A DNA stretch of 64,000 bases, from the IMG/VR virus record IMGVR_UViG_3300035670_000019, positions 99,031 through 163,030 of that record, one strand, 5' to 3'. Shown in pieces: positions 22,333 to 30,910 of the stretch. The notes under the pieces were generated by a model. The model was not told the DNA's origin. It saw nothing but the letters and a program-made list of their open reading frames with translations, and did no database searches. This stretch comes from a virus. Both the position numbers and the translations under genes were made by a program. The first letter of the stretch is position 1. Every line of letters starts with the position of its first letter.

Positions 22333-24618
22333 ATGAAAAAATTAATTTCCGTTCTGTTATTAACAGTTTTTTCTATCATAGGTTTCTCCCAAAACTTAGT
22401 TGAGAATGTTAATAACCAAGTAATCTTAAGATACAAGCAAGGTACTCCTTATAGACTTGTAGACGCATTCACTGAATTTTATAATGTTCCTGTAGTTGCT
22501 CAATATGATCAACTTGGAATGATTGTAGTACAATTCTCTGGTAACTATGATGATTTCTATAAGAGCTGTACTGACAGTGACTTATTTGACATTATCGAGC
22601 GAGATCAAGTTCAAGAAATGAAGATGGATTATATTCCAAATGATCCTGAATTTTCTTCTTGCTGGCATCTAAGACAATCAACTGATAAAGATATTGATGC
22701 TGATGAGGCTTGGGACTTGCTCCCAACTACCAATCAGTGGGTATCAGTTGCAATGTTTGATGGTGGTTTAGATATGACAATCCCTGACTTTGCAGGCAAC
22801 ATTGATAGCCCGTTTAACGCTGTTAATGGTACTAATGCTATTCCATATGTTAATTCATATGACAATCACGGTACTACTTGCTCAGGTACAATCGCCGCTA
22901 GAACTAATAATGGCATTGGTGTTAGTAGTGTAGGTAATAACTACGTTAGAGTTATGCCTGTTAACATCATGTCACAGGTTTATAGTGGTGGTAGTTTTAG
23001 TACAACATCTACCATTCAAATCGCGGCTGTTAATGCTGCTATGAATAATCCAAACTGTGTTGCTATTGCAATGTCATATGGTGGTAGTACATATTCAGCA
23101 GCTTTAGATGCTGCTTTCCAATCTGCTAGAATAAATGGTAGAGGCGGAAAAGGAATGATGGTATTTGCTTCTTCAGGCAATAATTACTCAGGAACCGCTG
23201 CTCAATACCCAGCCCAATATCCTGCAGTGTGGGGTGTAGGTGCAACAACAAGTTCAGATGTTAGAGCATCTTTCTCTAATTATGGTCAAATTTGTGATAT
23301 CTCAGCCCCAGGACAAGGTATTAGAACAATTGATAGACCAGGTGCTGATGGTTATGTGGCTGGTGATTACCATTCAATTAGTGGTACTTCCTTTAGTTGC
23401 CCTATCACAGCAGCTGCCTCCGCGGTTATTGCTTATAAAAACTGGGAATTGACTGATGATGAAATTTTACAAATTCTATCTTCAACTTGTGAAAAAGTAG
23501 GTGGTTATACTTATTCTAATGATCCTGCTTGGCCTTATAGTACCCGTAGTAATGAATTGGGTTATGGTCGTATCAATCTTAAAAACGCTGTTGTAGCCAC
23601 ACCAAACCCAGGTGGCCCACCACCACCACCTCCGACTATTGTATCTAACTACACTGTTAATAACATCATTGTATCTCCAGCAAGTGTTAACTTAGGAAGT
23701 ACTATTTTAGTAGACTACACTGCTCACGTTATGGAAGAAATTAACGTGTTGTCAACATTTGCTACTTTTGTAAAAGTACAATATCGTTACTCAACCAATC
23801 CTACTTTAGGTGATGCTGATGATATTATCATTGGCATTGATAGTGTTAGTTTAGGTGGTGGAATCAACTCAGTAACTAACTCATTCTCATATACAGTAGG
23901 TGGAACAGCAGGTACAAGATATATTTTTGTAACTATAAATTATGATAATGCAGTTGAGGAAACTATAACTACAGATAATACTAGTTTTAAAGCATTTAAT
24001 GTTATTAATCCTTCCTTTACTGGTACTGATGTTAGAATTGAATTAGTACAACCAGTAGCTAATCCTTGGACTACATCTTTACAAGTTGTCAACACACAAT
24101 GGAGAGCGGTTAATACAGGTACTGTTCCTATTACTCAAATTAATTATACTAGAGGATGGGTTGATTGTACAGCTGCTTTTGGATGTATTACTAATAACAC
24201 TTGGACAGGTAACTTACAACCAGGCCAATCAACACTACTACCAGCTAATAACTCTTACATAAGCATTAATCTATGCCATCCAATACGTTGTGCTGTACCA
24301 GTAGGCACTTCTAATACTTTTAGACTAAATGTAGTTAGTGTTAATGGATCAACTGGTGATGCTGATTTGACTAATAATAGATTAGATTTAGTATTTAATC
24401 GAATTAGTACAAGTCAAGAAGATATCATTGGTAACTATCCTTTAATAGATGATCCAAATTCTATTTACATTGAGGATGAGTTTCCTGTTTCTGTTGATAT
24501 TTATACCGTGACAGGCATGTTGTTGGATATCAATAGATACAATGAATTGCCTAGTGGAATCTATATTTTAAAAGCGAATTATTTAGACCGCTCTGAAACA
24601 TTTAAATGGGCTAAATAA
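22333..24618 (+). CDS. Secreted S8 subtilase with CARDB-like domains and T9SS-type C-terminal tail
   Basis: Signal peptide; triad VAMFDGG / HGTTCSG / GTSFSCP; Pro linker; C-terminal VDIYTVTG...LPSGIYILK. Confidence 0.85.
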   Translation: MKKLISVLLLTVFSIIGFSQNLVENVNNQVILRYKQGTPYRLVDAFTEFYNVPVVAQYDQLGMIVVQFSGNYDDFYKSCTDSDLFDIIERDQVQEMKMDYIPNDPEFSSCWHLRQSTDKDIDADEAWDLLPTTNQWVSVAMFDGGLDMTIPDFAGNIDSPFNAVNGTNAIPYVNSYDNHGTTCSGTIAARTNNGIGVSSVGNNYVRVMPVNIMSQVYSGGSFSTTSTIQIAAVNAAMNNPNCVAIAMSYGGSTYSAALDAAFQSARINGRGGKGMMVFASSGNNYSGTAAQYPAQYPAVWGVGATTSSDVRASFSNYGQICDISAPGQGIRTIDRPGADGYVAGDYHSISGTSFSCPITAAASAVIAYKNWELTDDEILQILSSTCEKVGGYTYSNDPAWPYSTRSNELGYGRINLKNAVVATPNPGGPPPPPPTIVSNYTVNNIIVSPASVNLGSTILVDYTAHVMEEINVLSTFATFVKVQYRYSTNPTLGDADDIIIGIDSVSLGGGINSVTNSFSYTVGGTAGTRYIFVTINYDNAVEETITTDNTSFKAFNVINPSFTGTDVRIELVQPVANPWTTSLQVVNTQWRAVNTGTVPITQINYTRGWVDCTAAFGCITNNTWTGNLQPGQSTLLPANNSYISINLCHPIRCAVPVGTSNTFRLNVVSVNGSTGDADLTNNRLDLVFNRISTSQEDIIGNYPLIDDPNSIYIEDEFPVSVDIYTVTGMLLDINRYNELPSGIYILKANYLDRSETFKWAK

Positions 24619-24683
24619 TTTTCATGGTTGTTAGTTGCACTTAAGCCGTTACGATTGGCTAAGTAACTAATTAAACCTTAAAT

Positions 24684-25433
24684 ATGAAACACTTATTTTT
24701 AGCTTTATTGCTAGCAATAGGTTTCGCTGCAAGTGCTCAGGTTGATGGAATGTTTGCTTTTACCCTTGATGGGGAACAAGATACTGTTTTTAGCATGTAT
24801 AATGTCTCCCCAGATATTAGAAATGAATTAAAAGATTATCTAATAGAAGCAATTCATGGATATGAAGTAATTGATGGTGGATGGATAATAGATTTACCTA
24901 ATAGTAACTCTAGGGTATTAGGTGATTTGTTTTTAATAGAAACCCACAATTGTGTTTTATTTGATTTTTATGTTGATGAAATAAAATACTCAGATGGTAC
25001 GAGTTACCAAGCTGAACGTTTTAAAAAACCTCTTAGAGTATTAAATAAATATTAAAGAATAATTTTGACATATTACTAAATTTTCATATATTTATAATAT
25101 ATAAAAGATAAACCAATGAATAAAGATTTTAATGTGTATAAGTGGAGACGTGATCATTTAGTTGAGAATGAAATAGATGCATCACCTGAATATCAAGTAG
25201 CTAAAAAATTTACTGAAAAATACTCCACCCAACCAAATATAAAATTTAGTGATCGTGGTCAGGGTAAATATCGAGTTCAATTATATGATAGTAATTCAAA
25301 ATTTGATTTTAATAATCTTGAAAGTAAAAAAGAAGCAAAAGAATTTTTTGAAAGCGAAGGATACACAGTTGATATTAACTTAGATGATAGGTCTAGAAGC
25401 TGGATATGGGATTTTGATTTCAAAAAGATTTAA
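24684..25433 (+). CDS. Secreted hypothetical protein (24684-25055) and hypothetical protein (25116-25433)
   Basis: Signal peptide ending ASA-Q in the first; late motif upstream of the second. Confidence 0.6.
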
Positions 25434-25456
25434 AAACACCTTCATAAAATAAAATT

Positions 25457-25476
25457 AGGCCTTCGGGCCTTTTTTT
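25457..25476 (+). terminator. Rho-independent terminator
   Basis: AGGCC-TTCG-GGCCT followed by T run. Confidence 0.85.
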
Positions 25477-25503
25477 ATTATACTTAGTCTAAACTTAAAC
25501 ACT

Positions 25504-26067
25504 ATGAAAAAATTATTAATTTTAACTGCTATACTAGCAGTAGTGATTTGTATTGTTTCTTTTAGTAATAAAGAAACACCTGTTAAACTAAATTCCGCTC
25601 AACGACTGTACGCATCCATTATGACATATGCTAAACAGTACAATGTACCTTTACATGTTGCGTTTAATGTCGCTAGAATAGAGACTGGATATAAAGGTCC
25701 ATTTCATGATGATTATAATCATAAACAAACTTCAAGTGTTGGAGCGTTAGGTGCTATGCAGATTATGCCTCAATATGCCTCACATTATGCTGGTTTTAAA
25801 GTGAAAAAGCCGGTTTTAAAAGACAGCATTGAGTTGAACGTTAAGATATCTATGAGTATGCTTCGTGAGTGGTATAACCGTTATAACGACTGGGGTAAAG
25901 CCGCTGGTGCTTATAATACAGGTAGACCTGTCATGAATAATTATGCTCGTAATGCAATCAAGAAAAATTATATTGACTACTGGATTAAACCAGACTCAAC
26001 AGATGTTGTACCTGACACTCTAGCTTATTTATCCAGAGTAGATTTGGTAGCTTTCCTTAAAGATTAA
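25504..26067 (+). CDS. Lytic transglycosylase (SLT) with N-terminal signal/anchor
   Basis: IET catalytic Glu, SSVGALGAMQIMP, AYNTG. Confidence 0.85.
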   Translation: MKKLLILTAILAVVICIVSFSNKETPVKLNSAQRLYASIMTYAKQYNVPLHVAFNVARIETGYKGPFHDDYNHKQTSSVGALGAMQIMPQYASHYAGFKVKKPVLKDSIELNVKISMSMLREWYNRYNDWGKAAGAYNTGRPVMNNYARNAIKKNYIDYWIKPDSTDVVPDTLAYLSRVDLVAFLKD

Positions 26068-26115
26068 TTTTGAAGTTTTAAAGAGCAATATTATATTTAA
26101 TTTAAACCTAAAGTT

Positions 26116-26451
26116 ATGATAAAAACAGTTGCAATTAAAGACAATTACGCAGTACAAATCGTTCCTGATGCATGGGACAAAAACATTAAAGTTTATTTAG
26201 TAGATGAAGTTAATGATGCTCAAACAACATTAGCCACTTGGCAAGGAGGAAGATGGATCTCAGACTCATATATGAACCTAAATAAATTCTTTGAAATTAT
26301 CAATATGTACCCCAAAGTTAAAAAATATCTTAAACAAACATATCAGTATTTAGAAACAAATGTTTATGAGGCTAACCTTAAAGTATGGTCTAAAACATTT
26401 GATTGTTTTAAGAGACGAGTTAAAATTAAAATTTACAGGGCGTTGAAATAA
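26116..26451 (+). CDS. Hypothetical protein
   Basis: ORF track; followed by a hairpin at 26437-26459. Confidence 0.6.
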   Translation: MIKTVAIKDNYAVQIVPDAWDKNIKVYLVDEVNDAQTTLATWQGGRWISDSYMNLNKFFEIINMYPKVKKYLKQTYQYLETNVYEANLKVWSKTFDCFKRRVKIKIYRALK

Positions 26452-26483
26452 CGCCCTTTATAATATTTATAATAAATGTTACT

Positions 26484-26852
26484 ATGAAACGACTATTAAG
26501 ATGGCTTAAGTTATGGGATTTTGTTTGGAGTGTACCTCTAGCATTCGTTGGTTTTTTTGTTTATGGAATGGTTCAAGAAGAAGTATTTGGTGATCCAATG
26601 TACTCAACTGACTGGTTCCATAGAGCAATACTTGCTAGTTTAATCATGATTCTATTTAATGGAATTATTTTAGGTGGAATGTATTTTACATTCAAGGGTA
26701 TTTATAAGTACTTCTACTCCACAACATCAACTGTTAAAGAAGATTTTAAAGACCTACCCATATGGCTAAAACTATCATACTATCCTATTTGCTTCTTTTT
26801 ATACCTCTATATGCTTATACAGGTGTTCCGAGTGATAATTCCGATTGTCTAA
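26484..26852 (+). CDS. Holin-like membrane protein
   Basis: Three hydrophobic segments; directly upstream of the endolysin; late motif at 26463. Confidence 0.55.
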   Translation: MKRLLRWLKLWDFVWSVPLAFVGFFVYGMVQEEVFGDPMYSTDWFHRAILASLIMILFNGIILGGMYFTFKGIYKYFYSTTSTVKEDFKDLPIWLKLSYYPICFFLYLYMLIQVFRVIIPIV

Positions 26853-27349
26853 GTGAATATAACTACAAAGCAGGTGTTGCTGTTCAAATAGCAGATAGCT
26901 TTGAAGGTATAAAAGAAATAGGTGACAATCAAGGATTTGACAATAAAAGCTTTGAGCGAATGATGCTTGAGGTTGGTTGGTGGAAAGGAGCAGCGTGGTG
27001 TGCTTTTTCACTTAAACTGATTTATAATCTAGCAGGTATAAAAACAACAGTTACAGGTTGGAGCCCAACAGCGTATAATAAAAAACATGTTATATTTACT
27101 GATGGTAAATTACTTGAACCAATTAAGCCAGGTGACTCAGGTACTTTATCATACGCTAAGTATAAAAACAATACAAAACGCTTTAAAGCAATAGGACATG
27201 CTTTTATTATTAAAAAAACAATAGGCAATTCAGCTGTAGTAACAGGTGAAGGTAATACAGATGGAAACGGAAGTAGAGAAGGAAATGGATTCTATGAGAA
27301 AATAAGACCGTTAAACGCAAATATACATATAACAAGATGGGACAAGTAA
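26762..27349 (+). CDS. CHAP-domain endolysin with N-terminal signal
   Basis: AAWCAF (Cys), GHAFII (His), EGNT. Confidence 0.8.
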   Translation: MAKTIILSYLLLFIPLYAYTGVPSDNSDCLSEYNYKAGVAVQIADSFEGIKEIGDNQGFDNKSFERMMLEVGWWKGAAWCAFSLKLIYNLAGIKTTVTGWSPTAYNKKHVIFTDGKLLEPIKPGDSGTLSYAKYKNNTKRFKAIGHAFIIKKTIGNSAVVTGEGNTDGNGSREGNGFYEKIRPLNANIHITRWDK

Positions 27350-28027
27350 GATATGACAACATTGTAAAATGGGTTTTGATAGCAACTGTAGCTATATTCG
27401 CCATTGTTAAACTTAAAAACTGCAATAAACCAGCTTCTGATTTCACAGATGAAGAAATTGAATTATTGAATAGACAGAAAGACAGTTTAGATAAAGTAAC
27501 TAGAGAAATTTTAATTGAATACGATACCATTTATATGGATCGAATAGTAGAAACCAAAACCAAAAATAAAAAATCAAATGAAAAAGTTAAGCGTATTCCT
27601 ACTCTTACTGATCCTCAGCGTGACAGTGTATGGGCAAAGATTTTCAGCGCCAAGGATAGTCTACCAACTCGATACTGGGATCTTCTTGAACAGGAGTCAA
27701 GAAGAGAAAGTGATTGAAACTTTCTATTGGAAGAACATTTATAAAGAAAACTTGGACAGTATGTTCCTCCAAGCATATGACTGTCAATTATACCTTAAAA
27801 AACTAAGCCTTAACTATTCTGCTCTATCAGACAGTTATGTTCGTTTAGATGAAAAACATAAAGAATTAAGACGTGATTGTACTCTTGAATTAAGAGAAAA
27901 AGACGTTCAACTTGATCAAGCACAGATTAAATTGGATAGAGAGAATAATCGAAAACGCAATTGGCGAAGGGTAGCCTTAGTTGAGGGTGGGATAATTACA
28001 ACAATTATTTTAATACTAGTACTATAA
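27337..28027 (+). CDS. Overlapping spanin-like pair (27337-27717, 27578-28027)
   Basis: Membrane anchors plus coiled coils, overlapping, right after the endolysin. Confidence 0.55.
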
Positions 28028-28031
28028 AGTT

Positions 28032-28051
28032 TGGCCTTCGGGCCATTTTTT
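28032..28051 (+). terminator. Terminator overlapping an early promoter
   Basis: TGGCC-TTCG-GGCCA-TTTTTT lies inside GTTTGGC...TATATTTAG. Confidence 0.8.
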
Positions 28052-28085
28052 ATTATATTTAGAGTATAATTAAAAAATAAAAGTT

Positions 28086-28676
28086 ATGTTTCTAAAATCA
28101 CCTATTAATACTTATTTTAATTTGTATCGTTTCAAAAAATACATAAACGATATTGATGGTTATATTACTGGAGGGTGTTTTAAGGATATTTTTAATAATA
28201 AAGATGTAAGGGATATTGATATTTTCTTTTTTAATGAAGAAGGATTTAAAAAAGCAGTAGAAGTATTTCAAGGTAAGTATAAAAAAACATATGAAAATGA
28301 TAATTGCATAGCATTCTACGATAAAAAAGAGAAAATTCAAATTGAATTGGTTCGTTCAACTTTTGGGACACCTGAAGAAACAATGATGAAGTTTGATTTT
28401 ACAATTGTAAAAGCATGTTTGTATAAGTATAAAAAAGAGGAAGAAGATGTATTTGAGTTTTTATATCATCCTAAGTTTTTTGAACATCTACATTGTAATA
28501 AACTAGTAATAGATGATGGTATGCCTAAACCTGTAGCTACATTTAATCGAGTTTTAAAGTATACACGTTATGGGTTTGGTTTGTGTCGTGAAAGTAAAAT
28601 TAAATTGGTTAATGCTATCATAACTGAAGGGAATGTAAATGATATTAACGGTGAATTATATTTTGGATTTGATTGA
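28086..28676 (+). CDS. Nucleotidyltransferase (CCA-adding/poly(A) polymerase head-like)
   Basis: ITGGCFKD...DIDIF (GG..DxD) and FDFTI motifs. Confidence 0.75.
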   Translation: MFLKSPINTYFNLYRFKKYINDIDGYITGGCFKDIFNNKDVRDIDIFFFNEEGFKKAVEVFQGKYKKTYENDNCIAFYDKKEKIQIELVRSTFGTPEETMMKFDFTIVKACLYKYKKEEEDVFEFLYHPKFFEHLHCNKLVIDDGMPKPVATFNRVLKYTRYGFGLCRESKIKLVNAIITEGNVNDINGELYFGFD

Positions 28677-28678
28677 TT

Positions 28679-28726
28679 ATGAATAAATTAGTTGCAATTG
28701 GAGATGTTAATTCTATATATTTATAA
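28679..28726 (+). pseudogene. Orphaned 5' end of the metallophosphoesterase (MNKLVAIGDVNSIYL*)
   Basis: KLVAIGD matches the peptide at 29456-29476. Confidence 0.75.
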
Positions 28727-28737
28727 TAAAATATAAA

Positions 28738-29457
28738 ATGAATTATCAAAGAATATACAATCAAATTATAGAACGAGCTAAAACAAGACAGTTAAAAGGT
28801 TATTTTGAAAGACATCATATTATACCAAAATGTATAGGAGGAAGTAATAATAAAGATAATTTAGTTGATTTAACAGCTCGAGAACATTTTTTATGTCATC
28901 TACTATTATGTGAAATATACCCTGATAGTGATGGTTTAAAGTATGCCTTATATTTAATGAATATAGGTAAACAAAAATATAAAAAAGCAGATTATAACAT
29001 TAGTAATAGAACATATTCTAGATTAAAAAATGAACATTCATTTTTAATGAAAGGAAATAAAAATTGTGTTGGGAGATGGCAGTCTGAAGAGACAAGGAAA
29101 AAAATTAGTGTTGCTAATAAAAAACCTAAACCAGAAGGATTTGGAAAAAAACCTAATGATTTTGGAGAAAAAATTAGTAAAGCCAATAAAGGAAAAAAAC
29201 GATCCGAATTGACTCTTAAAAGAATGAGTGAATCTAAAAAAGGATTAAGTATAGGTAAAGGAATAAAAAAACCAATAGTGGGTGAAAAAAATAGTAAACC
29301 TATATTACAATATGATCTGCAAGGTAATTTTATAAAAGAGTGGAAAAGCGCAACTGATGCTTCTAAGTTTTTAGATAAAAAATCATCATCTATTTGTGAG
29401 TGTTGCAAAAATAAAAGAAAAACAGCTTATGGGTATAAATGGAAATACAAATTTTAA
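28738..29457 (+). mobile_element. Free-standing HNH homing endonuclease with NUMOD3/NUMOD1-like domains
   Basis: ERHHIIPK...NLVDLTAREHFLCH; SEETRKKIS repeats; QYDLQGNFIKEW...TAYGYKWKY. Confidence 0.9.
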
Positions 29458-30169
29458 ACTTGTTGCTATAGGTGATATACATGGCCGCAACATTTGGCAA
29501 CAAATAGTTGAACAAGAACAACCTGACATTGCTGTATTCATGGGAGACTACTTTGATAGTTTTGACATCCCAGGCCTAGACCAAATCTATAACTTCCAAA
29601 ACATCATACAGTGGAAACTTGATAATCCACAATGTCAAGTGATAATGTTAATTGGTAATCATGATTTTCATTATATGCCAATATGTAGTGAAAAATATAG
29701 TGGTTTTCAAAGAGCATTATGGCCTGAAATTGGTAGGGTGTTAGAAGATAAGAGACACCACTTAAAAATGGCTTTTAGATATGATGATTTGGTGTTTAGT
29801 CATGCTGGTATTAGTCCTGAGTTTCTATTAAATAATAAATGGGGCGAGCAGGATATGGTTGAGTTTCTAAATGACTTATGGTACTTCCAACCCCACAAAT
29901 TCAAATTTATAGACAATGAATATGGATATAGTGACCCATATGGTGATGATGAATTCCAAGGCCCACTTTGGATTCGACCTAAAAGTCTAATGAAGGCTTG
30001 TCAAGATGTTAAAAAAACAATGATACAAGTAGTTGGTCACACTGCTGTTAAAGAAATTGATGCTAAAGGTAAAGCAACAGGTGGCCGTTATTACTTTATT
30101 GATTGTTTAGATAACACCCCAGAATATTTAGTATATGAAAATAAACAAATAACAATAAATAGATTATGA
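29396..30169 (+). CDS. Calcineurin-like metallophosphoesterase (start GTG 29396 or ATG 29429)
   Basis: GDIHG, GDYFD, GNHD, SHAG, GHT. Confidence 0.9.
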   Translation: MSVAKIKEKQLMGINGNTNFKLVAIGDIHGRNIWQQIVEQEQPDIAVFMGDYFDSFDIPGLDQIYNFQNIIQWKLDNPQCQVIMLIGNHDFHYMPICSEKYSGFQRALWPEIGRVLEDKRHHLKMAFRYDDLVFSHAGISPEFLLNNKWGEQDMVEFLNDLWYFQPHKFKFIDNEYGYSDPYGDDEFQGPLWIRPKSLMKACQDVKKTMIQVVGHTAVKEIDAKGKATGGRYYFIDCLDNTPEYLVYENKQITINRL

Positions 30170-30508
30170 ATAAATTAAAAACACTCATTGTAGCAGCAGT
30201 TATTATTACTCTCAATTCATGTTATGTTGAACACTCATATTCAAGACATCAAGAACATCTAATTTCCCATCATCGAAATAATTTTATTACCAAAGATAAT
30301 GGAGGATGTGGGTGGCATAGAGATGCTTACAAACCAGTTGAAAGGAATTATAGAAGAGATTGATAAAAGATTTGGCTTCACCAGAGTTTGATGTTATATT
30401 TAGTATATAAATAAAAAACATAAAAACATGGTAAAGCAACTTGAAGATCCAATTAAAGCATTTGTATTATTCGCTATTGTAATTTTAACACTAGCATTGT
30501 TAGGATAA
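30166..30508 (+). CDS. Small lipoprotein-like ORF (30166-30363) and 26-aa TM peptide (30428-30508)
   Basis: ITLNSC lipobox; MVKQLEDPIKAFVLFAIVILTLALLG* after the promoter at 30370. Confidence 0.5.
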
Positions 30509-30619
30509 TTACCACTAGGCTTCCCATGACGAACAGCTCACTTGGGTGGTAGTTTCAGGGTGTTGTTACCCTTGCTCATGAGCTAAGATAAAAACACGAC
30601 AGCTGGAAAGACAGCGAAT

Positions 30620-30715
30620 AGTCAGGTGGCAGAAATGAGTAATTGCAAGTGTTCTTCAAACGGCAAGTGTACATAGCCTACCTTTTTACAGGTTCGAGTC
30701 CTGTCCTGACTACCA
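30620..30715 (+). ncRNA. tRNA-like RNA 1 (no canonical anticodon arm)
   Basis: Acceptor AGTCAGG/CCTGACT-A-CCA, D arm, T arm ACAGG-TTCGAGT-CCTGT; ~40-nt insert between D and T arms. Confidence 0.8.
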
Positions 30716-30768
30716 TGTTAACCCACAAAGACTAGAAACGGGTGACAGCTCGGAAAGACGAGCAACAT

Positions 30769-30894
30769 AGTCAGGTGGCGGAAATGGCAAACGCAGTTAC
30801 GTTGGAAGAAAGCAGCCCAAGATGTTAGTTATTCCAGTAGCGTAACCGACTTGGGGTAATGGTGAGTTTACAGGTTCGAATCCTGTCCTGACTA
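30769..30894 (+). ncRNA. tRNA-like RNA 2 (long insert replacing anticodon/variable arms)
   Basis: Same acceptor and T stems as RNA1; ~75-nt insert. Confidence 0.8.
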
Positions 30895-30910
30895 CTAAAA
30901 AATAAAAGTT

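Noticed and set aside
28706-29476. Group I intron in the phosphoesterase
   Set aside because: The HEG ORF fills all but about 50 nt, leaving no visible ribozyme core, and the flanking peptide is duplicated.
30620-30715. RNA1 as a UGA-suppressor or Sec tRNA (CTTCAAA loop)
   Set aside because: Flanks do not form an anticodon stem around that loop, there is no Sec-type long acceptor or variable arm, and TGA and TAG act as normal stops here.
30716-30768. tRNA-associated HDV-like (theta) ribozyme
   Set aside because: The nested double pseudoknot and L3 motif could not be built from this sequence.
30769-30894. tmRNA or intron-containing tRNA
   Set aside because: Too short, no GGGG/G3-U70 alanine acceptor or tag ORF; I could not find a splice that restores a canonical anticodon arm.
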